This document shows, one piece after another, positions 51,501-64,000 of a stretch of 64,000 nt of DNA. Each line of letters begins with the position of its first letter. Position 1 is the stretch's first letter. The translations under genes and the position numbers were made by a program. Origin of the DNA: Paragordius varius (lineage: Eukaryota; Animalia; Nematomorpha); contig OZ176053.1 of assembly GCA_964247055.1 (NCBI GenBank), positions 6,820,001-6,884,000 on the forward strand. Direction: 5' to 3'. The notes under the pieces are model-generated. The model saw nothing but the letters and a program-made list of their open reading frames with translations. It was not told where the DNA came from and ran no database searches.

Positions 51501-54500
51501 TTGTAAGGTTGTACATAGCATTGTCCAAATTGTTTTCGCTTGATAGTTTCCTATAATATAGGAAAAAAATAGTGTTACACCCATATTTTTGATAAAAAAT
51601 TAAATTGGCGCATAAAAAAAGGGGGAATTCCAACAGAAAATAATTCACGGAAAAAAGAATGAGTTTTTTTATTTATAAAAGTACGCAAACATCGTAACTC
51701 GCATGTTTTGGATATCAAATAAATGAACAACACAGTGCAACACAAACTAGCGGAAAGGGGGAATAAATTACCTTGAATAAATAATTCATGTTAACATTCA
51801 TAATGTTCTTAATTTTGGTCTTACAAGCAGTAGCGGAACTAAAAATTGTGCCCCCCCCCCCCAAAAAAAAAATTATATACTGGCGCCCCTTCCCCCTAGT
51901 AAATTGTTTGCAGTTATCATTTCACCTGGAGCATCACAAAAATTTGTAAAGAAATATTATATTTAAAAATGATAATATAGCTGACTTGGCATTCTGAGTC
52001 TAAAAGTTTTGCGTTCTTGGTATTTTTATATATGATGGTTAATACCCACTCCCTCACCCTAACCACCGCCAATTCCATAATTTTAACGTTCATTTTTTAA
52101 GTTTAAAATAATTAAATAACTTATTAAGAGCATGTTTTAATAAGAAAATCATGTTTTAAAATTTTGTTTTCTCGATTTTGCATGAACAAATTTTCTAATT
52201 ATATCTTTATCTCCAATTCCGCCATCACCGCTTCAATTGCTAGTAACGATAAATTGCTCAACCTTTTTTCCGCCATCGTGCTTCTAATATAATTTTTAAG
52301 TATTTTTAACTTTAAAAATGAACATTCCGCTGTATCAACCGTAACATCACAATGGCTGAAACTGTTGTGTACTTAATAATTAATAGCTCTGCAAATTGCC
52401 TGGCATTGTTAGTTTGAGTCATCCTTACGAATTATAAACTGACAACACTATTTGAATCGGAAAATATTCCCTCAAATCGTTTGGATTATTGATCATTAAA
52501 TTTTTAGCTGAATTGATAATTTCTACATAATTTCTACTTCACTCATTTTTAACTTTGATGGAAGCAGAAATGAAAACATATCCGCTACGCTATAAAAAAT
52601 GCCGAATTGTTTTTTAACTAAAAAATTACAACATCAAAAATTTTATTGAAAACATTCACTCTTATTATCTAAATTGGAAAATCTATGGTTATTGTCAAGT
52701 TCATCAATATGTCCTAATTTTATGTCACTTATCACTAAAATCAAGTTTAATGCCCATTTATTGCCATTTCATGGCATCTTTTTGCCGTTATATAGTGTTC
52801 TATATTTTAATAATTTTATATTTTAACTGAGCTCTGTTTTTGCTTTTTAAGGTCTATATCATTTTGTAACGTTGTAAAAACTTTATGTTTTCTATCTAAT
52901 AAATGATATAACATGCAAAGAAATATAAATTCAAATTTACTGTTTAATTAACATAGAAGCTTCTTCCGCTCATTTTTCTTAGTGCTCGTTAATGTTATAT
53001 TGGTTGAAACCTTAATAATATCCAAATAACGATATTTTATTGATAAAAGAGGCGTATACCTTCCAACCCATCGAGTGGGATTTAATTTTACAAACTTAAT
53101 ATAAATAATGAAAAAAGGCCCCTGTTTTGCCTTGGGCCTGCCGCAGTGCTACCCCATGCTCCCCGTAGTTTCGCCACTGCTTACAAGTTATTCAAAAAAA
53201 TATATACGCTTTTGAAATATTTTCTCCATATAGATAAGCAATAGCGCATATGAAAAATAGATTCTATAAAGCATGTTTTTTCCAAAAATATCATAAAAAT
53301 ACATCATAAACTACATACAATAAAGCAAAACGATGTATAATTTTAATAAATTTTCAACCCTTTAAAAATGGACTAGTTTTTTTAAATGCAAAAATACATG
53401 CCAAACTCATCAGCCTAACTCTAGGTGTGTTATTAATTTAATTAAATATAATAAATACTTACATAGTTTTTGTGATTTGCCGGTTATAATCGTAATCATC
53501 AATGCGAAATTTTATCTATAAATTATGAAATACATAATTTAAAATTTTTTAATTAAGACGCAAACATTTATACTTGAAGTACTAACTTTATTGAATTGAT
53601 TAAAACATGTAATTACAATATCATGTATATCAAAAACGCAAATATTAAAAAATAGTATAGAAAGTCGTGGTTTACACAATATAAGTAACCCCAAAAATTT
53701 TTTAAATAATTTGATCTTTAATGCAAATTAAATTTAGTATTCTATATCCTAAATTAAATTCTATATACATTTCCAATTCTAATTCACCCTTAAACAATTC
53801 AAATTCAACTTTAAACAATTCAAATTTACCCTCGAACAATACTAATTCACCCTCAAATAAATTATCTGCTTTTTAAGATTAAAACATACCTAAATTTTTA
53901 TATATATAAAATGAAATTTTGTTTTAAATTAAAATAATACTGAAAAAATAATAATCTATGCCATAAAGATATATTTGATATTATAAGGAGTTATATTAGT
54001 TCGACAACACAAAGTTTATTTTTAGGGTCAATTTGAATTGTTCAAAAGTGAATTTGATTAGTTTAAGGGTGAATTTAAACTGTAAATAGTTTAATAGAAA
54101 AAGATAAAAATAAATTATAAACCTTTTCACTAATCGTTTCTTCCGCTTGATTATGAATGTCCAAAAGTATTGGAAAAAAATTTATCTTTAATGTCTCCAA
54201 CTAAATATATTTTTAAAAATACGTGAATATTTTTATAAAATGGAATTGAATGAAATATAAACAATTTAGTTTAATTAAGATGAAACAAATTTAATTATAC
54301 ATTATCATTAATTTCGTTATGTATGTTTTTTATTAGACGCACAGTTTGTCGCTTTCTTTTTTAAGGGTAAGAATCGGACGCCCCAAAATTTAACAATCAC
54401 CCTCCTCCCCTCTAGGGCTGACAATCAAAAGTGAAAAATTGTTTCTGACATTTGTGCAAAGACGGTGAAATTCAATTGATGAATCAAAAAAAATACACAA

Positions 54501-57500
54501 AAACGTTTGATTATTGAAACAACTTTTACAGGGTGGGCTCACCCTCCTGAAAAGTGTCTCTACCATTATCCCTGCATTTATAAATAAATTAACATCATAT
54601 ACACGTTTTCCAGAAAATGCTTAAGCAAAAATTAAAAAAAGGGCAATAAGCTTTAATTGAAATAAGATCAGGTCGTTTATAAAGGCAATGTTAATAGCCA
54701 CTCCAATCAGGCGAACCTTCTCCCAATAATTGCTTTAATAACATAAATTTATTATGTAGAGGTGGGTATTTTAATCAAAGCAAATATCATTAATAATAAT
54801 ACTTAAACTTATGAATAACTTTGGCCATCAAAATTGCTTGATAGATATATTTTTTGCAATCACTAATTCAAGAAATGCAAACAGCGGGTCCATTAAAAAG
54901 GTGGATGAACCATAATTGTTGAATTAAAATGAAAATATAATATATACATTGCCTGTTTAAAATTTATGTTTGGAGATATATATAAAAAACTCTATTTCAA
55001 AGAGGATGGCTCAATATAAAAATATCGGTATTATTTTAAAACCAACAATATAATAATAACCCTTTTCGCGATTTCTCTCTTTAGGGATTGTGGCAAATGA
55101 TAACTGTCATTTATCATGTGAATGGCTTCCCTTCGTATTGCATCAAATATTTCCGTCACCTATTCAAAATTAAAAGAAATATGATAAAATACTAATATAG
55201 AATATAATGATGCACAAAAATAAAATTCGGAATATGTAACATATATGTATGCATGTTGATACTTCCATTTCCGTACTGGGCCTGGCTAATATTTTATAAG
55301 CAATTTTGTTGAAAACATCCCTGAACCTTATTTTTGTAGCCTTGTAGCAAAAATTAGGCTCATCACTTATTTCTTCACACAGATTAATGTATGGGCACAC
55401 TAAATCCTGATAGTATTGCGATGTTTTTGTATGTGCAAAAGCTTTTTTCCTTATCAAACGACTGTAAATAAGGTAGGTGTGCAAGATTCTAAAATAGTGT
55501 ATCAAGAATCAATTTTTGTTACAAAGTAAAGTTTTACCTTAAAAGTAAAATTATGGAAGAAAAGAAGTAATATTTGAGACTGACTCTAAAACCTAGGTTA
55601 AAATCTAGCTTGGGTTTTGGCGTCTGCTAATCAAAAATAACAATTTTAAACACGGGTATTAGCAAATCGATATTATATGATTAATTAATTTTTACACTTT
55701 CATTTATCAACCTTATTCCGGATTTGTTGGTCAAGTATTTATTTTGCAACAGATCCTCAACTTTTTTTAGATATGTTATGGGGGCTTCGTAAACCGATGA
55801 ATCATTCTCCACATTTTTAACGGATGTTCTAAACTAAATTATATTATATATATACATAAAAATTCCCAGTATATCAAGTTTTGCTTGTTTTTTCACAATA
55901 AGGTTAAACAATTTTTTTAGCTAAAAATATGAGAGGTAGGGTGTGGTAGCCAATCAAATTTGATTGGGCGGACAAGTTTCATAAAAGAATCATTATTTAT
56001 ACATAAAAGGCTAAAAAAATGGCAAAGTACTTGCTAGGGGCCTAATAAAAGGCCAATCCAAGTGAAATCTCATAACTTGTTATTAATTCATAGTCACTCA
56101 TAAAATCTCATGGAAAGGTTTTAAAGCGATGGGCGAATTGCAAATAAATAATTATTTAGAAATTTATTAGAAAATGACAATGCTTTTATCAAACAACCCA
56201 ATTATAACCATGGGAATCCTAATTTATTTATGATAATGTATTGCAAAGTTGCTACATTACCCCCATCGTAATGTAAAGACATTGATGGTGATGTTTTATA
56301 GTTTAATTTTAATATATCAAAATAATAAAAAAACGAAAGTAATAGATATCGTTAGATACAAATGCAAAGAAAACGAACAGTATCTAACCAATTGACAACA
56401 CATCCTAAACAAAATGATGAAGTTAAACACTTTACATTAATTAAATTACGGTCAAATTTATTATAACACACGCTATTGTATAATCAATCGTTCAACAATA
56501 ATGTGAAAAGCCAGCATAAATGTGTATACTGTAATAAAACTTAACAAAATCCTAATCTAAGCTAAAAGGTGTCAAACTAAAAATATAAATCCAATACTTT
56601 TTTAAGTTTAGAATCTGACTACCGAAAAATGGCGGATAACATTGGGAAGAAAGACAACAATGATTAAATCAAAAACTACGACCTCTAAAATATTGAACAA
56701 TTGTTTATAAAACACATCGCTGCTTTATAAATATGGTGGTGGAGGTTAATATGAAGTTGTCAAATATGAAAAGTGAAAATAAGATAAGTGTTTATAATTA
56801 AGACATAAAAACGATAGCAAAAAGTCATTTATCCAAGTCATCGAAGCACAATTTAATTTTTGAATTATTAAAGGGGGGAAAGAAAGACTTATGCGTAGCA
56901 GAGGAGTGTTCAACACAAATGGCATCGCGGCGGCGCGCATTTAAAATATATATGGGCCTCCATAAATGATTTACTAGATTTCCAACAAAACATTTAACAA
57001 TTTTTTCTTCTTCTTGCCAATTGGATAGACAATTTAGGAAAGTTATTTAGGAATTATCAATTTCACGAAGGTGTCGTAAGCAATATTGGCAATTTATGTA
57101 TTTCCAAATTTTTCGTGGGCCGCACAAAAAGTCACGAAGAGTCGCGTGTTGGAAACCCCCTGCTTAGCGTAAGAAAAGAATCTGGACATTAATTTACCGA
57201 GAAATAGCTTAAGGAATAAAAGTGTCGATTTCATCTTAGGAAGTTAAACCAAAAAGGACAAAAATTTTAAGTCCTCATTTTTTGTTTCATCCTTACAAGA
57301 AAAGCGTCTTTTACAATAAATATATATATAGCATATATTAACCACTGGAAATTCCATCAAAAATTCGGACACATTTCGATAATTCCTTAATTCGCCATAT
57401 ACGGTAGCGTTTCGAATCTAAAATATATGATACATGAAATTATATATTTAAAATTAGTTTATTAATGGATTATAATATGGCTGAACAAATATTTTAAAAT

Positions 57501-58462
57501 ATATACCATAGCATGTTCTTCCTCCAAATTAATTATACAATTGACGTCTGTTTGGGTAAAACCGAGTGGACGAAGGAGGGCGTAAAGATAAGCCCTGTAG
57601 TTCCCCATTATGGTAGAATTGGCAAAGAATTTTGGTTCAGACATATGCATTGAGGGGTATTCAAAATATATACGGTAGTCATCACTTTCATATAAAGAAC
57701 CAATAACTCTTTCTATAATTTCCTCCCTTCTACCATCAGCCAATTCTAATCCATTCTTTTTGTGGTAATCATTTAACCACGAATCAAGTGAAAAAGCGAC
57801 GTTGGTAAAATTTAATGTCTTTTTTGTATTATTGTTGGGTAATCGGGTCAAAATTGGTTTAATTTCATTATTGTATAAGTCAAAAGTTTCGAAAATATCG
57901 GTATAATTTGTGGGTCTTCTAATTTGCCATTTTCGAGTTTGACAAGATCGATAAAAGGTATACATGAGCTTTTCATCAGGACTGCGTTCATTTTCATTTT
58001 TCTTGACCAAATGATCTAGGTGTTATATTTATACATAAAAAATAAAAATGAATTAAAAATGGTAAAATAAAAAATTTACCAAAAACATCTTGTTTAGTAC
58101 GCTTTTCTATTTGAGTATATCGTGATCCAGTTCTTTCAACCGTAGAAAAGTTGTAAGAAAAATCTTTGCATGCGAAATCATAAAAATTGGTGCACGGGTC
58201 ATTTCTGGCAAATTTGGATGTTAACGATGAGATACCTATACAAAAAAACATATTATAAAATATTTGATCACTTTTTAAATTTAATTCATTTATCATAAAA
58301 AAATTATCAATGGTTTTTAAAAATTAATATTCTTTATAAGGTATCAATCAACATTTCGCAAGTTTGGTAACAAAGTATTTTACTACCTGGTATATTACCA
58401 ACAAGTAAAAAATATATGGGATACAAAATATATAATGAATGGCCTGAAATGATCATTTTCAT
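45506..58462 (-). CDS. M13 (neprilysin-family) metallopeptidase gene 3, complete, 16 exons, about 656 aa; more distant paralog
   Basis: Exons: 58387-58462, 58080-58235, 57507-58015, 57343-57417, 55712-55833, 55263-55488, 55061-55159, 54123-54200, 53463-53515, 51489-51550, 49664-49780, 49468-49556, 47341-47403, 45980-46057, 45676-45752, 45506-45596 (1971 nt). Intron phases match gene 2. Motifs DPCTNFYDFAC, NAMY, HEMMH, DESLADYYG, DEHLPYADR, FLCKK..CNYI*. Confidence 0.88.
47461..49439. mobile_element. CACTR-ended (CACTA/CMC-like) non-autonomous element in gene 3 intron 12, carrying a nested MITE
   Basis: Ends (CA)CTAGACAAC..ATTTGTTGTCTAGTG followed by TA. Colinear with 61257-62344 apart from the nested insert. 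Confidence 0.75.
47664..48747. mobile_element. Tc1/mariner-like MITE with ~250-bp TIRs nested in the CACTR element
   Basis: TA|CAGTAATTGTTAA..TTAACAATTACT. The empty site GCCATGTA|TTTTATATC is seen at about 61457-61473. Confidence 0.8.
50580..50602 (+). ncRNA. RNU6: U6 snRNA core fragment (pseudogenic)
   Basis: CAGAGAAGATTAGCATGGCCCCT is an exact 23-nt match to the conserved U6 ACAGAGA-box region as I recall it. The flanks do not match U6. Confidence 0.7.
51828..53179 (-). mobile_element. Internally deleted hAT transposon in gene 3 intron 9
   Basis: Perfect 8-bp TSD CTTACAAG (51820-51827; 53180-53187) and 13-bp TIRs CAGTAGCGGAACT / AGTTTCGCCACTG. Transposase C-terminus at ~52150-52345: VTVDTAECSFLKLKILKNYIRSTMAEKRLSNLSLLAIE(fs)IIRKFVHAKSRK. 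Confidence 0.92.
53770..54085. repeat. Small inverted repeat with ~22-bp subrepeats in gene 3 intron 8
   Basis: AATTCACCCT(T/C)AAAC-type units at 53770-53858 are mirrored at 54018-54085. Confidence 0.45.
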
Positions 58463-59127
58463 CAATATAGAAAATTTAAAATTTAAAAAGATATATTATA
58501 AATTTTATTAATTTATCATATATACTATATAGTAATAATTTACCAGCTATTCTAAGAAAATGGACCCTCGCATCAAAACATATTTTAGAATATAGTAATT
58601 TTCAGCGAATTATAATTTTTTAAACTAGTTAGTACATGAATAGAAAATTAATGTTTTCAATTATTTTGCCTGTAGCTAATACGCATATTTCGCAAAAACA
58701 GTTAGTCATATTAATTTTTTTGTTATCGCTATTTGTATAATATTTAATGAACCGGTAGTCGTCGCTTGATTTTGTAATCAAATATCTGAGAAATAAAACA
58801 GGTCTTTAATAATGTAAAGGAAACGTTTTTCCTAATAAATTCTTTGCATATGTTTCAGAGATCCGTTAATATATTTTACAAGATATTATAAAGTTGGACA
58901 AAAAAGTTATGATTACCGAAATAAATAATTTTTTTTAATATTTTTAAATATATAGAAAATGGTAATTATATTACCTTAAATGATTAGTTTTTAAGAAAGA
59001 CCAGCAAAAATAAAATATTGGTTTATCAATATTTATTTCTTTTATTCTGCTTTCATCAAATATCTTTTATACTTTGTTTAAGGATTTAGATTTTTTGTCT
59101 ATTTTATAAGAGAGCCAATAACACTAT

Positions 59128-59822
59128 TAGGGTTGTGCATGTGACTGCTTTTTTAAAAAAGTCTGTCAGACCCAGTCAGACCATGGTCATGGTCATGACC
59201 ACTTTTTACATAAGTTAATATCATGCGACATTGGATTGTGAAAATAATGTTCTTACGACACTTGCGTTTCACTAATAATGTCATGTTTTTTCTTAAAAGT
59301 TTACATTATACATTTTTTGATATTAATTATTTACAAATATTTTAAATCAAATTTAATCAAGAATGTTTTTTTCAAATAAATTTTGCCACATGTTTGTGGC
59401 CTTTTTAATATTATATAGATTTAAATACTGGGTAATGCAAATAAAATTTACATAGTATGTTGTGCACTTTCTTTCATCATGTAATATTCAATTACATGTT
59501 TATTCATTATTTGGTCTATATATATGGATTAATTGCGCATTTTGCAAAGTGCTTAATTGTTTTGTTTTTCGAAATAACTGGATACGCTTAAATGCTAATG
59601 TTATAACGATGCATATTTAACAATTTTATATTTTTAAATATGCATATTTAAATATTTAATTTATAATTTTTAAAAAATATATTAAAAAACAATAAAATAT
59701 TTCTATTCCTCTTCCAAAAAAATTTACCAACATTTTTTTCAAAATACAGCTGTTGTTTTAAATGACCGTGGTCAAAAAATAATAGTCATTGACCTGGTCA
59801 TGACTTGGTCAGCACAACCCTA
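59128..59822. mobile_element. hAT-type MITE upstream of gene 3
   Basis: TIRs TAGGGTTGTGC / GCACAACCCTA and a perfect 8-bp TSD AACACTAT (59120-59127; 59823-59830). The homologous empty site is near 14165. Confidence 0.9.
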
Positions 59823-60469
59823 AACACTATATATAGCTTATGGGATTTAACATACCGATTTTCTTATTACTAATACATAAGGGGTTTTTGCTGACATATA
59901 TATATAACACTAGTCGACAAATTTGGACATTTTTGAGCACCACCACTCAAACTTTTAAATTATGACTACTTTCAGTGTTTTAAAACCGAATGTGAAAAAA
60001 TTTTTGATCCCGCCAATCAGAATTTTGAAATATTATAGGTTTTTCAATTTTTCAAAAACAAGAGAAAATCGAGAGAAAATAAAATATAACTTTATAATAA
60101 ATTGTTATTATATTATAAACTTAATATCATTTATTAAAGCGTTTTAAACTCTATCTTTTGAATATAAATATGTCATTTAAATATCAGAGAGAAAAAAATA
60201 GTACGGACTTAAACGTCAAAATTTAGTCTTTTTCTTTCAAGTGAATTTTTAATGCGTATAAAATTTTTTTAAAAAAATACTAAAAAAGGCATTCATGGTT
60301 TAAACCTTCGGCTTTCAGATAGGCTATATTTTTTTAGTTTTCGTTCTTTCGAGTACTTATTAAGCTTTTTTTCTTGAGTTGGTTCTTACAAAAATCTTTT
60401 ATTTATACCTAGTGGATATACTTTATTTTTTAAAATTTTTGGTTGTTTTGTATTTTTAATTTCAGATGG

Positions 60470-60760
60470 ATGTTGTGTAGCCACTTTTAGTTGAATTTAC
60501 TATTATGGGATTGGACCATTTGTATTTACCTAACCTTTTTATTCAATTTAATTGTAGAATTTATCTAACTTTATTCTGTGAATTGGTTAATTTGACATGT
60601 CAATTTGCCTGGATTTTGCTTGCAAGTCTCTCTTATCGGGCTTTACGATTACTTATTGTTATCTATGCCATATCTGGCATAATTGGATCGCTTGGGAGAT
60701 ATGCAGAGCTTGTGCAGCCGCCCGGATCTATCACACTATACATAAGCCCCTTTTAGATTT
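60470..60760 (-). mobile_element. Possible decayed LTR-retrotransposon integrase tail
   Basis: A GC-elevated patch whose stop-ridden frame gives ..HVKL..KRLGKYKWSNPIIV. The resemblance is weak. Confidence 0.25.
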
Positions 60761-61256
60761 TTAATACTTTGGCTCTTAGCTTGTTTAGTATCTTATTAAA
60801 TGCCTAGAATTTTGTTATTCATGCATGGAATATTACTTGTATCGACTTGTTCTTTGAATATTTAAACATATGTACACGAGGAATGATTGTTATTTTTAAA
60901 TTAAATACAAATTTAAAAATAAAATTTCGGAAAAATCCTATTGGTGGCCTCAATTTTCTTTTTTGTTTTGGCCTTTCCATGCCATTAGGTATAGAAAATG
61001 CAAAAATAATGGGGTGGTGCAAAACCTTGTTGAGCAGTGTAATCTTCATATATTTTTCTAAAAATTTCATAAATATAATAGACTATAAAACAATTTTCAA
61101 TTATTGATTTTATATCTTCTATGTTTGACTATAAAAATTGAAATCCGAAATGTGAAATTGGATGAAAACGAAAATCAGTAAGTATAGTTTTCGATCTAGA
61201 AAGGGTTTAAGTTAAAGCAGCTTCTCATTTTTCTTTTTTATAGCTTTATATTATTA

Positions 61257-62344
61257 CACTAGACAACAAATTTTAACTTTTTTTAACTGCCATTCTTGTA
61301 AATTTAAAATTTATTTTATTAAAGTACATAATTAGTATATCTGAAAAGAAAATTGGTCTAGCATGAAAGAATTTTTTTGTATTAGATATCGATAATTTTT
61401 GGCCCCGATTTAGCATTAAACTCGAAATTTCGAAAATTAAAAGTGTTAGATATGAAGCCATGTATTTTATATCATTCAAAAGAGCGCAAAAAACTGCATA
61501 TTTTAAATGGTAGTAAGTCATTTAATCAATCGGATATAAAAGTTATTTGGATTTAAATGGTCGAAATTTTCAATTTTTAAATAAGTCAAGATTTTCACAG
61601 ACAATCTAATTTGAAAATCATATAAATTATTTTAATATAATTACTAGGGTTATATTAGTATTTAATTTATAAAAAATGTTTGAAAAAGCTTTTGGTTTGC
61701 TTTTTAATAAAAATTCTTATTATCATAAATATTTTACCTAGTGGATACAAAAATGCTTAGTTATAACTGTAATTATTACATAATGGCTAAAAAAATCAAA
61801 AATACCTTAAACTTTGTTTTTATCTTTAAAATTTCGAAATTATCAGCTTTGTAAAGAAAATAAATTAATATTGATGAGATGGTAATTTTTAAAAAACAAA
61901 AAACTTAAAAATGGCTCTTTTGAGTGACATAAAAGCAAAAATGTTTTAATCAAAAAAGCTTTCTTGTGTTATCTTTTTTGGTATTCATCACCATCCAAAC
62001 AAAGTTTGAGCTATTTTCATCCATTAGTTTTAAAAATATAATAATTAAAAACAAATGCTCTCGCTTCGCGCGTTTGCCGTTCTTTGTGTCCAATATTAAC
62101 TGTCGATGTAATACATATTAGTATGCGTTTTATAGAGTTTTTATTACTCTTTCGAATGATATATTACAAATGGGCATTACTTGTATATTTTCAAAGAAAA
62201 ACATTTTTAAGTATTGATAAAGAGGGGGCATAATCAAAAATCAAATTAAACAAAATTCTTCCATCGAGTTTATTTCACATTTACTGATGATACTAAATAT
62301 CAGAAACAAAAAACTCGAGTGGCAGAAAAATTTGTTGTCCAGTG
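61257..62344. mobile_element. CACTR-ended non-autonomous TIR element (1088 bp)
   Basis: TA|CACTAGACAACAAAT..ATTTGTTGTCCAGTG|TA. Same family as 47461-49439. Confidence 0.8.
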
Positions 62345-62426
62345 TAATTAATTTTAAAATATATTTAGCTAAATGATATTTTCTATAACGATATATGTAC
62401 TAAGCATTTATATAATATTTTTTTAG

Positions 62427-62647
62427 GCTTTGCTAAAAACGATCACTTTCAAAACACAGGACTTACACAAAATAAATAAGCAATTCTTAGTAGAATATTC
62501 AAAGGTATAATATCGTATTAATCTTAATTTGATGCATATTATATTAATATAATACTATATTCATATGCAGTTCTTTTGCACAGCAAATAAGCCATATTTT
62601 AGAGATCTTCTACCAACTATTAGTGACCACCTCCAAGGTCCCCAAAG
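62427..62647 (+). pseudogene. Isolated M13 exons 14-15, close copy of the gene 2 3' region
   Basis: 62427-62504 (ALLKTITFKTQDLHKINKQFLVEYSK) and 62571-62647 (FFCTANKPYFRDLLPTISDHLQGPQ). Flanking homology to about 29490-30600 runs from 62345 to about 63470. No upstream exons are present. Confidence 0.8.
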
Positions 62648-63471
62648 GTTTGCTACTTATTTTATTTTCTATTTAGATATATAAAAACTTTCGTTCTAAA
62701 AAATAATTTCTATATTTTCCTTACATTTTCAATCGCACTAACAAATCATATCATTCCTGTATTATATTATTAGAAATAGAGGTGCAGAATATGAAGGTGT
62801 CCTGCTTAATTTAATCATACTTAACTAATGTATCATAAAGCAGTCGATAATCAATTTATAATCATTTTTATAATTTATTTAAGTAGGATTACTGCTCCTG
62901 TCCAATATTTAACAAAGATTTTACAGTACCTACATAATGTTGGTCATGATTGAAATTAAATAATTTTTTCTTCCTTTTAACATTAATTTGTCATTGAATT
63001 ATGGACAAATTTTGCTCTATCATAAGCTTTGGTAACATCAATTGGTCAACTATAAAGTGGGGCTATTGTACTATGCCTCTTGTTTCAAAAATTTAATTAT
63101 AAATTTTAAAAAATATAAAAAAAATAAAAATGCTTAACTAAACTATATATTTTTTCAAGTCCATGTTACCAATTTAAAATTAAAATATAATCCCATGTTA
63201 TGCCACAAAAATATTTTGCAGATCCCTAAATTTTATATTTTAATGCAAATTATATTGTCTAAAATCTTGCTTCACACAAATCTAGGTTAGTCAACTACCC
63301 TAATTTCTTAAATATATAGAATATACTAGTAAGTCTACATAATTGGGTTTATTATATTATGCCTAGTAAAATTTGTTTGATTACATAAAATTCATATTTA
63401 GAGCACGCACTTTATTGCTGGTCACTTCACATTATTTTTGGCCATTGGCAATACAGTAGCATATAGATGGT

Positions 63472-64000
63472 CATTGGCGTATCGAGCATTTGCGGCGTCC
63501 GCCCCCCTCTCCTTTCTTGAAAGCCAATTTTTTCAATCTTCTTTCTGCCTCTTTTTAAGTAGTAAATGCTTTTCGATGATTGAGGCTATTTTCATGATGG
63601 ATTAATTTATCTTTTATTCTCCTTTTATTTAAACCATGCTTAGTTATAAAAGATGATGGTAAAAAATTAAATCGACCAATAAGTAGGCAACAAAAACAAT
63701 ACGTAGATCTGTTTTTTGGTGAATCTAAAAGTCAAGACCTCAACTTCGAATCCTTCTTTTCGACACGTCAAAAATCCAAGATTGGAGCATTGAACGGTGA
63801 TCTATAGGTATAGCGCTTGAATTACTAATGGCATATTTGTAGTTCTCATCTCTATTTATTGGATAAATAACTAGGGTTTCAGGTGTGTTTAAATGGTATT
63901 AAAAGGAGTACCGTTATGTTTGTGTCGCATACACTTTTTTCAATGTTATGGTCAGATATTTTCGTTAAATAAGATTTCATACTCATTCACATTTTATTCT
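63472..64000 (-). mobile_element. Terminus of a hAT-type element related to 691-1919, probably extending past the window edge
   Basis: CATTGGCGTATCGAGCATTTGCGGCG is the reverse complement of the 1894-1919 terminus with 2 mismatches. M13 homology stops here. The far end was not seen. Confidence 0.55.

Noticed and set aside
55950-55967. Perfect 18-bp palindrome CCAATCAAATTTGATTGG (two CCAAT boxes)
   Set aside because: It is mid-intron, not conserved in the paralogs, and probably part of a transposon remnant.
56899-57163. Possible Charlie-like MITE; similar ends at ~37488 and ~38830-38875
   Set aside because: The termini are only loosely complementary and have no convincing 8-bp TSD, so I did not list them as features.
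62335-62355. Microhomology-mediated chimeric junction between gene 3 and gene 2 introns
   Set aside because: The left segment has its own TIRs (CACTAG..CCAGTG) and TA flanks, so it is a transposon end rather than gene 3 intron sequence.

Overview
Very AT-rich eukaryotic (animal-like) genomic DNA with GT-AG introns; I see no prokaryotic features. Most short ORFs in the supplied track are single exons or antisense shadows. The window is a cluster of divergent, probably secreted M13 (neprilysin-family) zinc metallopeptidase genes. I hand-assembled phase-consistent 16-exon models for two complete genes: gene 2 (18937-30861, +, about 661 aa) and gene 3 (45506-58462, -, about 656 aa). Gene 1 (322-12935, -) has its last exon off the left edge. 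There are also two pseudogene relics (14469-15660 and 62427-62647). Genes 1 and 2 form a head-to-head inverted duplication over 30 kb. A ~6.3-kb tract covering promoter to exon 9 is about 99.9% identical, whereas the catalytic-domain half has diverged, with mostly amino-acid-changing differences. Between and inside the genes lie many transposons: hAT derivatives with 8-bp TSDs, CACTR-ended TIR elements, a Tc1/mariner-like MITE, a double-headed Helitron, a foldback element and RTE-clade LINEs. Several have filled and empty sites visible within the window. The least expected item is a decayed PDCD6/ALG-2-like gene (about 42560-43126, -) whose four introns are only 22-25 nt, against at least 71 nt in the M13 genes. 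All gene models and counts were done by hand and need computational confirmation.
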